From contig CAWBAT010000005.1 of the NCBI GenBank assembly GCA_963786955.1, positions 704,001-768,000 of the forward strand: DNA of 64,000 bases. Direction: 5' to 3'. Under the pieces are notes generated by a model that worked only from the letters and a program-made list of their open reading frames with translations, searched no databases and was not told the origin of the DNA. A program made the translations under genes and the position numbers. Below are positions 8,315 through 18,892 of the stretch, one piece after another (the first letter of the stretch is position 1; each line of letters opens with the position of its first letter). Origin of the DNA: an uncultured Acidimicrobiia bacterium (GTDB lineage Bacteria > Acidobacteriota > Terriglobia > Versatilivoradales > Versatilivoraceae).

Positions 8315-8572
8315 ATGGCTAGAGGTTGGGAGAGCAAATCTGTTGAAAATCAAATTGACGATTCCCATTCTGAGAAAACAGATCAAGTTGCCGTTGTGAG
8401 CAAAGGCCGCCATATCAATAGGCCTTTACGCCCTTCGCGCGAGAAGGAGGCATTGCTTCTGGCTCGGACACGGCTCTTGAGCGATATCCAGTCCACAGAA
8501 AACCCGCGTTACAAATCGTTTCTGGAGACTTCGCTGGCTGCAGTCGACAAGCAGATTTCCGAAATTCAATGA
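8315..8572 (+). CDS. Small hypothetical protein (MARGWESKSVE N-terminus)
   Basis: GGAG RBS, ATG, 85 aa with a helical C-terminal half. Confidence 0.7.
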   Translation: MARGWESKSVENQIDDSHSEKTDQVAVVSKGRHINRPLRPSREKEALLLARTRLLSDIQSTENPRYKSFLETSLAAVDKQISEIQ

Positions 8573-8942
8573 ACGCAAATGCAGGGGCCCGATTGGTCGG
8601 AACGTGCTGATAGTTCTCCCCAAAAATGGCATTTCTTGGACTCGTAAAACAAGCAAATGAGTCCCGATTCCTCACATTTTCGGAGAGGGTTTGTCTTCAT
8701 TTGCCTTTCACAGTGAGGCAGTGAAACTCGCGCATACTCATATTGAGAACTGAGACGTGAATAGGTCTCTCCAGGAATCGTTCCAGAAATTCGCATATGG
8801 AGTTATTTTTGGTTTAAATAGTAGAATCTTGCGATTATCATGAATCGTTGAGCAGGGTGCCCATCGATGTCGGTAGGAACAATCAGTTGGTTGGTTGCTC
8901 AGAAACCCGCAAATAGTGGGCGAAGTAAGAAAGAGGGGCAGG

Positions 8943-9885
8943 ATGTCTCAAGATCTTTCCGGCCTAATCCACCATCTGATCGATCGTCGCCAAGCTCTCC
9001 GCACCTTGATCGCCGGCGGTGTTGGCTGGACAATGCGATCCTTCATTGGAGCTTTTTGCGAAGAATCCACCCCGTAAGATTCTATTTTTCTCCAAATCGT
9101 CAGGCTACGAACATAGTGCTATCCGGCGCAACAGCAATGGACTCAGTCCTGCTGAAATAGTGCTCATCGAGTTAGGCAAAACTCATGGATTTGATGTCGT
9201 TGCCACCAAGGATGGATCCATTTTCACTCGTCAAAATCTTAAAGGATTCGATGCGATCTTCTTTTATACAACCGGAGATTTGACCCAGTCGATGGGAGAT
9301 AAGAACCCGCCGATGACAATTGAGGGTAAAGTAGCTCTCCTCGAGGCGATTCGATCCGGGAAAGGGTTTCTTGGGACCCATTCAGCCACAGACACTTTCC
9401 ACTCTCCTGGCCTTGAATTTGAAACTCAACCCATTGAGAGAAGGGATCCTTATATTCAGATGATCGGAGGAGAATTCATCCGCCACGGCCCCCAGCAGGA
9501 GGCCACCCTGCGCGTGACTTCACCCCGCTTTCCCGGAGTCGAAAAACTAGGAACGGAATTTCAGATCAAAGACGAATGGTATTCATTGAAGAACTTTGCT
9601 CCGGATCTTCATGTCATCCTGGTACAGGTGACGCAGGGGATGGAAGGAACCGATTACCAGCGCCCAGATTATCCGGCAACATGGGCTCGCAAAGATGGCA
9701 AAGGACGAGTATTCTATACTTCAATGGGCCACCGGGAAGACGTCTGGACCAACCCGATTTTTCAGAGCGTGTTGCTCGGCGGGATTGCCTGGGCAGTGGG
9801 CAATGTCAAGGCCGCGGTCCCACCCAATATTTCGGAGGCCACTCCGAAGGCAGGGACGATCCCTCCAAAGCCCCCAAAATCCTGA
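8943..9885 (+). CDS. ThuA-like (class I glutamine-amidotransferase-like) protein with a Tat-type signal; frameshift ~9070
   Basis: DRRQALR signal; KILFFSKSSGYEHS, GFLGTHSATDT, DEWY, GRVFYTSMGH. Confidence 0.85.
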
Positions 9886-10057
9886 ACGTAATGTTCATCA
9901 GTTTCTCAATTAACTGTGAAGTCGGTTCCTGGTGACAGCTTTTCCTTAGACTTCGGCTTTCACAATCGGAAATGCATCGAAGCATACCAGTGCACCCCCA
10001 ACAAAAATCAGAAATCTCTTAAACTGGCTCCAGGCCGGGACGCCTGGCGCCGCAAAT

Positions 10058-10885
10058 CTACTTAGGCTCTGGACAGAATTGTTGATTTTTGAACCCATGA
10101 GCCTGTTCTCTTCGATAAAAGGATCTTGAGATACTAGTGCCGGTAAGATTCCCATCTTGACCAGCACCGGCCTGAATTCATATCTCAAGCTGATGGTGGA
10201 AGCTGGCGCCGGTTCCAGTTCCATGGAAACCCACTGGATCGGGTGGTCACTTCTTTGCCCCATCCCTGTTGCTGCGTATTCATCCTTTTTAGGGGCTGCG
10301 GCCGCGGCTTCATTTGAAGCCATCGAAGAACGGTCCGCCTCTTCATTGGACTTCATTGGAGCCGGGCCGGCCCCATTGAGGTTGCCTGCAGACCGGGATT
10401 TATGCATGTCCTGAGACAAGGCCGGATGAGGCTCAACACAAATCTTCTCTTTATAAAATACAGCTGAGATGACCCCTAAATTCTGATCATGCCCAAGCCA
10501 TTTTCCATAGGAATTCTCTTCCGAGGTGAAAAAGAATCTCTTCGCTTCTTTTTGATTCACTTGCCACCCTTCAATGGTGATGGTTTCGTAGGGACCCAGG
10601 ACCCATTTTTTCGCATTCATTGCCGTGGTGTGCCGGGCATCAATAGTATTAAGACCGTCCACGGCCAAGGCTACCGCAACTCGTCGATTAAAAGGGTTTC
10701 TCAACCGAACCGAATACTCCCTGTCCTTTATTGCTTCTATGTAGTTTTTTCCATTATGGAAATATTCTGGAGCAGGGTTACCATTAACCAGAATCTCCAG
10801 GTCGAAGCCATCTTGCCCGGCAGCCATAAGCGGCGTGCATGAGAGCCAAGGCGATAAGTGTGAAGAAAGAATAACTGATTTTCAT
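10058..10885 (-). CDS. Hypothetical exported protein (frameshifts near both ends)
   Basis: Signal MKISYSFFTLIALA; YIEA..EYSVRLRN..RVAVALAVDGLN..GW..F.FT..NLGVI; end reconstructed as FCPEPK*. Confidence 0.7.
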
Positions 10886-10989
10886 GGAGCTACCTCCCAG
10901 CTTTGATTGACTTACTTCACTTTTAAGACGGACCGAATGGAGCATCTTGCATACTATTTTTTCGGTTGAACAAATGGCGCGGAGGACAC

Positions 10990-11547
10990 ATGGAAGTCCT
11001 TTACAGAACACGATTTGATAGTCCGCTCGGCCCAATGGTTGCCGTAGCCGGAATCAATGGACTATGCGCCTTGGAATTTTTCGAACCAGGCCGACTGTCA
11101 GGCTTGGAGGCCAGGCTGCAGCGACTGTATGCCGAATACACGTTAATAGATAAGTCGCATCCGGTATTCAAGAAACCCGGCAAATGGCTGAAAAACTATT
11201 TTGCCGGAAGCTTCTCGCTCTTGCGCCCACTTGCCTTGGATTTAAAGGGCACCGATTTTGAAATCAGAGTCTGGAACATGTTGCTCCAGATTCCTTTAGG
11301 GAAAACAGTGAGTTATAGCGAGCTGGCAGTCGGCTTGGGCCAAGCCAACAAGGCCCGAGCCGTAGGGATGGCAGTCGGGCATAATCCCGTGGGTATTATT
11401 GTTCCATGCCATCGGGTAATGGGAGCCAATGGTTCGTTAACAGGTTATGGCGGGGGACTCGATCGCAAACGCTGGCTACTCGGTCATGAAGGAGCCATGC
11501 CTAGAGAACTCCCCTTTGCGGGAACCATGTTTCAGCAGATGCCTTAG
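10990..11547 (+). CDS. ogt: Methylated-DNA--protein-cysteine methyltransferase
   Basis: IPLGKTVSY, ARAVG, NPVGIIVPCHRV active site, LTGYGGGL; GGAGG RBS. Confidence 0.92.
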   Translation: MEVLYRTRFDSPLGPMVAVAGINGLCALEFFEPGRLSGLEARLQRLYAEYTLIDKSHPVFKKPGKWLKNYFAGSFSLLRPLALDLKGTDFEIRVWNMLLQIPLGKTVSYSELAVGLGQANKARAVGMAVGHNPVGIIVPCHRVMGANGSLTGYGGGLDRKRWLLGHEGAMPRELPFAGTMFQQMP

Positions 11548-11649
11548 TCCTTGTGCTTCATGGAGCAATCGTGACATCGCCTGAATACAGCGATGGTCGG
11601 CTCAAGTGGGATTTGAGGAGAATTTTTTGGAGAGAGGAGCAAATTTATT

Positions 11650-11979
11650 ATGAAACACTCGATGACAACAACCACATTTTCTTTCGAAGGATACCGGATT
11701 ACTGGCTCACTTGGGGTTGTCAGGGGGATTACTGTTCGTTCGCGCTCTCTTTTCGGAACGATTGGTGGCTCACTTCAAACCCTAGTAGGCGGGAATATTT
11801 CCTTGTTCACCAACCTCTGTGAAAAGACAAGAGCGGAAGCCTTTGACTTAATGGTAGAGCATGCAGATCAGCTGGGTGCCAATGCCATTGTCGGGGTGAG
11901 ATACGATGCCACGGAGTTGATGCAAGGGGTGACAGAAGTTCTCTGTTATGGAACGGCTGTCATCGTTGAACCTGCATAG
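11650..11979 (+). CDS. YbjQ/UPF0145 family protein
   Basis: GVVRGITVRSRS, GANAIVGVRYD, EVLCYGTAV. Confidence 0.9.
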   Translation: MKHSMTTTTFSFEGYRITGSLGVVRGITVRSRSLFGTIGGSLQTLVGGNISLFTNLCEKTRAEAFDLMVEHADQLGANAIVGVRYDATELMQGVTEVLCYGTAVIVEPA

Positions 11980-12057
11980 GAGGGGGAGCACAAGGCGCCC
12001 CCTCTGTTCGAATGGTGAGTATTGGTAGGGCCCGTTGTATTCAGCAAGAATCGGAGG

Positions 12058-12462
12058 TCAGAACATCCCAAGCTGAAGCCTGGCAGCCTCAGACATCATG
12101 GTTGGCGTCCAGACAGGATCCCAGACTACCTCCACACGAGCTCCAGTGACCCCCGTAACCTGGCGAACTTTATCTTCCACTTCCCCAGGCAAAGTTCCTG
12201 CCGAAGGGCAGGCCGGTGAGGTGAGGGTCATACGGATGCTTACGGCATTGGAAGGATCAATATCAATATTGTAGATGAGGCCGATCTCATAGATATTTAC
12301 CGGGATTTCCGGATCGTAAATCGTGCGGATCATATCAACGATCTTCTCATACAGCTCGTTGGGATCAACCTCTGAACTGGCTGCTTCGCTAGGAACACGG
12401 CCTGAAACGCTTGCTGGCTCCAATTCGGACTTCTTCAAAGAATTCGTTGAATCCATGATCAT
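12058..12462 (-). CDS. sufT: DUF59/SufT-type Fe-S assembly protein
   Basis: DPEIPVNIYEIGLIY, MTLTSPACP, WDPVWTPTMMSEAARLQLG; last gene of the suf operon. Confidence 0.85.
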   Translation of the reverse strand: MIMDSTNSLKKSELEPASVSGRVPSEAASSEVDPNELYEKIVDMIRTIYDPEIPVNIYEIGLIYNIDIDPSNAVSIRMTLTSPACPSAGTLPGEVEDKVRQVTGVTGARVEVVWDPVWTPTMMSEAARLQLGMF

Positions 12463-12553
12463 GGCTCCGTGAGATAAAATTTACGACCATCAAACTTACG
12501 GCTGGAGCTATACCACCAGCGATATCAGGCTTCCTTCGACTACTCCCCCCCAA

Positions 12554-13006
12554 TCATTCCGTGGACACCGGCTCCTCTTGATGTTCAAGGATCGCATTCA
12601 TCGTGTGCCAAGCAAGTGTGGCACATTTGACACGCACTGGAAATTCCTTAACCCCGCCAAATACCACGAGTTTGCCCAGACTCTCAGGATCTCTCGGGCC
12701 ATCAAAATCTCCCGTAAGCAGTTCATGAAAGCGTCCGAACATCGTTTTGGCTTCTGCTATGGTTTTGCCTTTCAAGCTTTCCGTCATCATTGAAGCAGAA
12801 GCCATCGAAATCGCGCAGCCTGACCCGATAAAGCTAATATCAGTAACAATCCCTCCATCCACAATGAGAAAGACGGTGAGTTTGTCGCCACAGAGAGGAT
12901 TGTGCCCGTCTGCTTTCGAGCCGACTCCCTCGATCTTGCGGAAGTTGCGAGGCTTCTTGGTGTGGTCCAGAATGAGTTCCTGGTAAAGATCGCGCAGATC
13001 TGACAT
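12554..13006 (-). CDS. sufU: SUF system NifU-like protein
   Basis: LYQELILDH, HNPLCGD, GCAISMASAS, RVKCATLAWH. Confidence 0.95.
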   Translation of the reverse strand: MSDLRDLYQELILDHTKKPRNFRKIEGVGSKADGHNPLCGDKLTVFLIVDGGIVTDISFIGSGCAISMASASMMTESLKGKTIAEAKTMFGRFHELLTGDFDGPRDPESLGKLVVFGGVKEFPVRVKCATLAWHTMNAILEHQEEPVSTE

Positions 13007-14280
13007 TAGCCAAACACCTCCCTGACTTTCCGCAATCCATCGACCAGTGCATCCACTTCTTCTTTCGTGTTGTAAAAAGCAAATGAGGCTCGAGCCGTCG
13101 CAGAAACACCGTAACGATCCATGACTGGCTGCGCACAGTGATGTCCGGCCCGGATCGCGATGCCTTCCTGGTCAAGAATGGTGCCGATATCATGAGGATG
13201 GACGTCATCCAAGAGGAACGACAACAGGCTTGCTTGTTCCCGAGCATTTCCAAGAAATCGAACGCCCGGTATCGTCGCTACTTTCTGTTTGGCATAATTG
13301 AGAAGCTCGTGTTCGTAGGCAGCGATTTTATCGAGACCGATATGATTGACATAATCAATGGCCGCACCCAACCCGATCACCCCTGCGATATCGGGCGTCC
13401 CTGCCTCAAATTTAAAAGGAATTTTATTGAAGGTCGACTTTTCAAAAGTGACCGAGGTAATCATTTCCCCGCCTCCCTGGTAGGGGGGCATGGATTCCAG
13501 CAGCTTGGCCTTGCCGTACAATACACCCACACCGGTTGGGCCAAAGAGTTTATGACCTGAAAAGGAGTAGAAATCGCAATCCAGTTCTTGGACGTCCACT
13601 TTCATGTGGGGGACCGCTTGAGCCCCATCCACCAGGACAGGAACATTCTGCTGATGTGCGATCTGGATCATCTTGGCTACCGGGTTGACGGTGCCAAGGG
13701 CATTAGAAACATGCGTCACCGCCACAAGCTTCGTTCGGTCACTGATCAGCTTCTCAAACGCATCCAATTCAACATCACCCTCATCATTAATTGGCGCGAC
13801 GCGCAAACGGGCCTTCTTGGCTTCGCAAAGCAGCTGCCATGGCACTATATTCGAATGGTGCTCCAGAGCCGTAATCAGGATTTCGTCGCCCTCTCCGACC
13901 GCAATTTGACCAAAACTATGGGCCACCAGATTGATCGCTTCGGTGGTTCCCCGGACAAACACGATTTCCCGGTCTTCCCTTGCGTGGATGAATTGTTGGA
14001 CCTTTCTGCGGACTTCTTCGTACGCCCTGGTGGACCGCTCACTCAGCGTGTGAACGCCACGATGAATGTTTGAGTAGTCTTCATAATAAAGACGGGTGAT
14101 GGCGTCAACGACCTGCTTCGGTTTCTGGCTTGAGGCGGCATTATCAAAGTAAACCAAAGGCCTTCCGCAAATCTTCTGTTGCAGGATTGGAAAGTCTTGC
14201 CTGATTTTGTGGACATCAAAAGGGAGGTCCTTTTCTGGCCGTGTATTTACTTGGGCTACTATTTCCGCAGAGGTTTTCAT
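13006..14280 (-). CDS. sufS: Cysteine desulfurase
   Basis: YFDNAASSQKP, EHHSNIVPW, FSGHK, RAGHHCAQP. Confidence 0.95.
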   Translation of the reverse strand: MKTSAEIVAQVNTRPEKDLPFDVHKIRQDFPILQQKICGRPLVYFDNAASSQKPKQVVDAITRLYYEDYSNIHRGVHTLSERSTRAYEEVRRKVQQFIHAREDREIVFVRGTTEAINLVAHSFGQIAVGEGDEILITALEHHSNIVPWQLLCEAKKARLRVAPINDEGDVELDAFEKLISDRTKLVAVTHVSNALGTVNPVAKMIQIAHQQNVPVLVDGAQAVPHMKVDVQELDCDFYSFSGHKLFGPTGVGVLYGKAKLLESMPPYQGGGEMITSVTFEKSTFNKIPFKFEAGTPDIAGVIGLGAAIDYVNHIGLDKIAAYEHELLNYAKQKVATIPGVRFLGNAREQASLLSFLLDDVHPHDIGTILDQEGIAIRAGHHCAQPVMDRYGVSATARASFAFYNTKEEVDALVDGLRKVREVFG

Positions 14281-14283
14281 AGG

Positions 14284-15624
14284 CTAACCCTTGATTTTTC
14301 GGCCTTCCGCCAATCTCGTAAAGAGGATGCTTTCCAGCTCAGCACGGAGAGGTTCGATGTTAATTCGGTTATTCAGTTCACTGGCAAAAGCATAGGTCAA
14401 GAGATGCCGCGCTGAATCATAGTCAATCCCGCGGCTGCGCAGGTAAAAGATAGAATCGGCATCGAGCTGACCGATTGTAGCACCGTGCGTACACTTGACG
14501 TCGTCGGCATAAATTTCCAACTGTGGGTTTGTGTTGACAAGAGCTTCTTCTGATAAAATAAGGTTTTTGTTGGTCTGTTTAGAATCTGTCTTCTGTGCGT
14601 CCTGGCGAACAATAATTCGTCCACTGAAGACCGCTCTGGCTTTTTCATCCAGGATCCCTTTATAGAGCTCAAAGCTGCTGCAATGCGGCTTGGCATGATC
14701 GATGCAAGTGTGATTGTCCACATGTTGGGAGCCATTCACGAGGTAAAAGCCATTCAGTGTCGCTTCAGCGCCTTCGCCATTTAGGACCACATTGACATTG
14801 TTTCGCGCTAATGCGGCTCCCAGGGAAATAGAGAAGTTCGAAACATTGGCATCACGGCTGAGCTGCGCCTGAAACGAAGAAATATGGAAGGCTTCCAGGC
14901 TTTCACGTTGGAATTTGTAATACTCAACCCGGGCATTTTCGCCGGCAACCACTTCGGCGACCGCATTGGTGAAGTAAACTCCATTGCCGAACCCTGCGTA
15001 ACTTTCGAGAATTTGAACCTGGCTGCTCGACTCAGCGATGATCAAACTCCGTGGGTGAGATACCGGGGATTCCTGCGAATCCGTAACCGTTAGGTAGAGG
15101 ATATGGATTGGTTTTTCCAACACCACCCCCCTCGGAATATAAATGAATGCTCCATCATGGAGAAAAGCTGTGTTCAGCGCAGAGAATGAATCTTTCTCGA
15201 ATGATGTCTGACGGGCCAGATGCGGCTCAACTAAACCTGCATGGGTATTCAAAGCCTGGGATAAACTACCTAAGATCACACCTGAAGGAAGCGATTCGAG
15301 CACGGAAAGCTGCGCCGAGAACACCCCGTTCACAAACACCAAACGATGACTTTTCCATTGGCCTAAGATCCACGGTTGGATCTTCTTCAATGGGAACTTT
15401 GGGCTGACAGCGGCTGCAGGCTTAAAGGTCCTTTTCGCAATCGGAGCCACATTGGTAAAACGCCATTCCTCATCATGAACGGTCGGGAAACCCAGTTTCT
15501 CGAACGATGTCATGGCCGTTTCCCGCAAGGCGTGAAGCCAGGCAGGGCCTACGCGGTCCCGGGCCCGTTGAAGATCAGCAAAATGGGATCGATAGGCTTC
15601 TTTTTCTTCGGTCACTTGAATCAT
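14284..15624 (-). CDS. sufD: Fe-S cluster assembly protein SufD
   Basis: EEWRFT, PQLEIYADDVKCTHGATIGQLD..FYLRSRGI. Confidence 0.95.
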   Translation of the reverse strand: MIQVTEEKEAYRSHFADLQRARDRVGPAWLHALRETAMTSFEKLGFPTVHDEEWRFTNVAPIAKRTFKPAAAVSPKFPLKKIQPWILGQWKSHRLVFVNGVFSAQLSVLESLPSGVILGSLSQALNTHAGLVEPHLARQTSFEKDSFSALNTAFLHDGAFIYIPRGVVLEKPIHILYLTVTDSQESPVSHPRSLIIAESSSQVQILESYAGFGNGVYFTNAVAEVVAGENARVEYYKFQRESLEAFHISSFQAQLSRDANVSNFSISLGAALARNNVNVVLNGEGAEATLNGFYLVNGSQHVDNHTCIDHAKPHCSSFELYKGILDEKARAVFSGRIIVRQDAQKTDSKQTNKNLILSEEALVNTNPQLEIYADDVKCTHGATIGQLDADSIFYLRSRGIDYDSARHLLTYAFASELNNRINIEPLRAELESILFTRLAEGRKIKG

Positions 15625-15790
15625 AGGTCAAAATCATTCCTTCAACATATTGCATTGAACTATACATAGAGGTGACCCCGGGCAGGCCACCCGTTCATCA
15701 CCGGGTCCTCATACCTTGGGTAGAGGGCAAAAAAGCACTTCAGAGTTTAAGATTCCAGGCTGGGAACCCTCTAGCACGGGGGAATAGTTG

Positions 15791-16543
15791 TTAAACCTTG
15801 ACGGGTTCTTCGAGCCAGACATAACCCTTTGCTTCCAACTCATGGGCGAGTTCTTTGTCCCCAGACCTGACAATCTTCCCGCCCGAGAGAACATGGACAT
15901 AATCGGGAATGATGTAATTCAACAACCGTTGGTAATGGGTAATCAAAATGACGGCTCGATCTTTACTTCGCAAAGTATTCACCCCTTTGGCCACAATCTT
16001 TAAGGCGTCAATATCTAGGCCAGAGTCCGTTTCGTCCAGTATCGCCAGCTTGGGGTCGAGGATAGCCATATGGAAAATCTCATTCCTCTTTTTCTCCCCG
16101 CCGGAAAAGCCTTCATTGACCGAGCGGTTGATTAGGCTTTCGTCCATTTCGACGATTTTCATTTTTTCTTTGATCAACTTCAGAAAATCCATCGCATCCA
16201 GCTCTTCCAGCCCACGGTATTTTCGGATCGCATTGAGCGCGGCCTTGAGAAAATAGGCATTATTGACTCCCGGAATTTCAACAGGGTATTGGAAGGCCAT
16301 GAAGATCCCTTCTCGGGCTCGCTCTTCGGGGGACATCTCTAAAAGGTTTTTGCCCTCATAAAGAATTTCTCCGTCGGTAATTTCATAACTTTCCCGGCCA
16401 GCCAAAACCTGGGACAGTGTGCTTTTCCCTGAGCCATTCGGCCCCATAATGGCATGGACCTCCCCCGCTCGTACTGTTAGGTTGATCCCTTGTAGAATCG
16501 ACTTCCCGCCGATGCCCGCATGTAAATTTCGAATTTCAAGCAT
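15791..16543 (-). CDS. sufC: Fe-S assembly ATPase SufC
   Basis: [32 protein letters not shown]. Confidence 0.97.
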   Translation of the reverse strand: MLEIRNLHAGIGGKSILQGINLTVRAGEVHAIMGPNGSGKSTLSQVLAGRESYEITDGEILYEGKNLLEMSPEERAREGIFMAFQYPVEIPGVNNAYFLKAALNAIRKYRGLEELDAMDFLKLIKEKMKIVEMDESLINRSVNEGFSGGEKKRNEIFHMAILDPKLAILDETDSGLDIDALKIVAKGVNTLRSKDRAVILITHYQRLLNYIIPDYVHVLSGGKIVRSGDKELAHELEAKGYVWLEEPVKV

Positions 16544-16608
16544 AAGTACTTAGTCTCCCGTCGTATTGCCTAATTCAAATGAGCTCTTGGTCATCCCCAC
16601 TAGAAATT

Positions 16609-18057
16609 CTATCCGACACTGCCTTCCAAACTCACACCGAGGAGCTTCTGAGCTTCAACCGCAAATTCCATAGGAAGTTCCCGGAAGACTTGCTTACAGA
16701 AGCCATTGACGATCATCGACACCGCATCTTCTGCCGAGAGCCCTCGTTGCTTACAATAAAAAATTTGATCCTCTCCAATCTTAGAGGTGGAGGCTTCATG
16801 CTCCATCTTCGCAGTGCTGTTCTTCACTTCGATATAGGGGAAGGTGTGGGCACCGCACTTGTCACCCAGCAACAACGAGTCGCATTGGGAATAGTTGCGA
16901 GCCCCCGCTGCACCCTTGAGGATCTTAACGGCGCCTCGATAGGTGTTCTGGCCATGCCCGGCGGAAATGCCTTTCGACACGATCGTACTGCGAGTGTTCT
17001 TACCAATATGAATCATCTTGGTTCCCGTATCTGCTTGTTGGTAGTTGTTGGTCACCGCCACCGAATAGAATTCTCCGACCGAGTTGTCCCCTTGCAAGAT
17101 ACAACTGGGATATTTCCAGGTGATCGCAGATCCCGTCTCTACTTGTGTCCAGGAGATCTTGGAATTCACTCCCAAACATTTCCCGCGCTTGGTCACGAAG
17201 TTGTAGATTCCGCCTTTTCCTTCTTTATCTCCCGGGTACCAGTTCTGTACGGTCGAGTATTTGATTTGGGCATTATCCAGCGCCACCAGTTCGACGACAG
17301 CCGCATGCAATTGGTTCTCGTCTCGCATGGGGGCGGTGCATCCTTCCAGATAACTCACGTAGGCTCCCTCCTCCGCAATAATTAGGGTGCGTTCAAACTG
17401 CCCGGTGTCTTTGGCGTTAATTCGAAAATAAGTCGACAATTCCATGGGACATCGAACACCCTTCGGTATATAGCAAAAGGAACCATCACTGAAAACAGCT
17501 GCGTTCAGGGCAGCAAAAAAATTATCCGTATGCGGCACGACCGACCCAAGGTACTTCTTGACCAGATCTGAGTGCTCCCTTACCGCCTCCGAGAATGAGC
17601 AGAAAATGATTCCGAGTTCTGCCAGCTTGCCTTTAAAGGTTGTGGCCACCGAGACACTGTCAAACACCGCGTCAACCGCCACACCACTTAACCGTTCCTG
17701 CTCTCTGAGGGGGATGCCCAACTTATCGTAGGTCCTTAACAATTCCGGGTCAATTTCGTCCAGGCTCTTGGGAGAAGCCTTCTGGGTTCTGGGAGCCGAG
17801 TAATAAATGACGTTCTGGTAGTCAATGGGCGGGTAGTGGACATGGGCCCATGACGGTTCTTTCATGGTCAACCAATGCCGGTAGGATTTAAGCCGCCATT
17901 CCAGCATAAATTCCGGCTCCATCTTCTTTGCCGAGATTATACGAATGACGTCTTCATTCAAACCGCGAGGGAGAACATCGGCGTCAATGTCCGTCACAAA
18001 TCCATATTTGTACTCTTTTTCAGTGAGCTCCTGAATTGTCGAAGTCTCGGTACTCAT
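16609..18057 (-). CDS. sufB: Fe-S cluster assembly protein SufB
   Basis: [49 protein letters not shown]. Confidence 0.97.
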   Translation of the reverse strand: MSTETSTIQELTEKEYKYGFVTDIDADVLPRGLNEDVIRIISAKKMEPEFMLEWRLKSYRHWLTMKEPSWAHVHYPPIDYQNVIYYSAPRTQKASPKSLDEIDPELLRTYDKLGIPLREQERLSGVAVDAVFDSVSVATTFKGKLAELGIIFCSFSEAVREHSDLVKKYLGSVVPHTDNFFAALNAAVFSDGSFCYIPKGVRCPMELSTYFRINAKDTGQFERTLIIAEEGAYVSYLEGCTAPMRDENQLHAAVVELVALDNAQIKYSTVQNWYPGDKEGKGGIYNFVTKRGKCLGVNSKISWTQVETGSAITWKYPSCILQGDNSVGEFYSVAVTNNYQQADTGTKMIHIGKNTRSTIVSKGISAGHGQNTYRGAVKILKGAAGARNYSQCDSLLLGDKCGAHTFPYIEVKNSTAKMEHEASTSKIGEDQIFYCKQRGLSAEDAVSMIVNGFCKQVFRELPMEFAVEAQKLLGVSLEGSVG

Positions 18058-18086
18058 GTTCCATTTCTCCTCAAATTATCCTTACT

Positions 18087-18563
18087 TTATTCCGGAATGG
18101 TGATACTCACAAGGCTGGGTTCGTTGCGAGCAGCGGAACCCTGGACTGAAAGGTCCGAGTCCTCTCGGTTCATCTGTTCAATTGTGATGTCCATCAACCC
18201 TTGCACAACCAGGTCATTCAATCGCTGCAACGGGCTTTTTACATTGCATTTGTCAAACTGGCCACAGACTCCTTCATCAGAGACACAGTCGGTCAGCGAG
18301 AACGGCCCTTCAATGGCTTGAATGACTTCAGCTACACTGATCTTGTCCGGACTCAAACGGAGCGAGTAGCCGCCGTAGGCGCCGTGCTGGGAATTGAGCA
18401 ATCCTCGCTGAACCAGCTTCTGGAGCACCTTGGCCAACAATTCAAGAGGGATGTCGTACTCGGCTCCAATCTCTCGAGCACTCCAATTGGGCTTGTCCGG
18501 GTGCCGGGCGAGATGCATCAATGAAATGAGACCGTAATCAACCTTTTTCGACAGTTTAAGCAT
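18087..18563 (-). CDS. Rrf2-family transcriptional regulator (IscR/SufR-like, three Cys)
   Basis: MLKLSKKVDYG, winged HTH, GAYGGY, C-x6-C-x5-C; first gene of the suf operon. Confidence 0.9.
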   Translation of the reverse strand: MLKLSKKVDYGLISLMHLARHPDKPNWSAREIGAEYDIPLELLAKVLQKLVQRGLLNSQHGAYGGYSLRLSPDKISVAEVIQAIEGPFSLTDCVSDEGVCGQFDKCNVKSPLQRLNDLVVQGLMDITIEQMNREDSDLSVQGSAARNEPSLVSITIPE

Positions 18564-18572
18564 GGCTTTAAT

Positions 18573-18597
18573 ATATCCGACTAAAATGGTCGCATTT
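18573..18597. promoter_or_regulatory. IscR type-1-like operator upstream of the rrf2-suf operon
   Basis: ATATCCGACTAAAATGGTCGCATTT, an imperfect palindrome CGAC-N7-GTCG resembling IscR type-1 boxes, ~10 bp from the start codon. Confidence 0.7.
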
Positions 18598-18892
18598 GTA
18601 TTATTCATTTACAGTCAACACTTGTCAAGTGGTTGAGACACAAATCGACAGAATTTTCCAATAGGCCACTCTTTCGGTTTCAGGCAACACGTTCTAGAGT
18701 TTTCCACGAGATAGTGTCTCATTTAAGAGACACTTAATAGGGGTGCGAGAGGCCGCTTTAGATAACGATCTTATTTCTTTTCATTAAGATGTATAATTCT
18801 CCTGCTGGTTGGGCAACAAGCTGCATAGACCTTCTCAGAGAAGTTCTGATGGCCGCTGTGACTCGATTTTTTTGATTTGACGACAGGGAGGA

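Noticed and set aside
8655-8720. Short similarity (RRGFVFI vs RKGFVFI) to the TonB_C gene at ~3130-3155
   Set aside because: Only ~7 codons with no flanking similarity; consistent with chance
16579-17385. Long antisense ORFs (16579-17385, 29080-29967, 46067-46585 and similar)
   Set aside because: Shadows of conserved opposite-strand genes with no recognisable motifs
18809-18827. Sigma-54 promoter (GG-N10-GC) upstream of lpxC
   Set aside because: Spacing fits, but the TGGCAC and TTGC consensus bases match poorly
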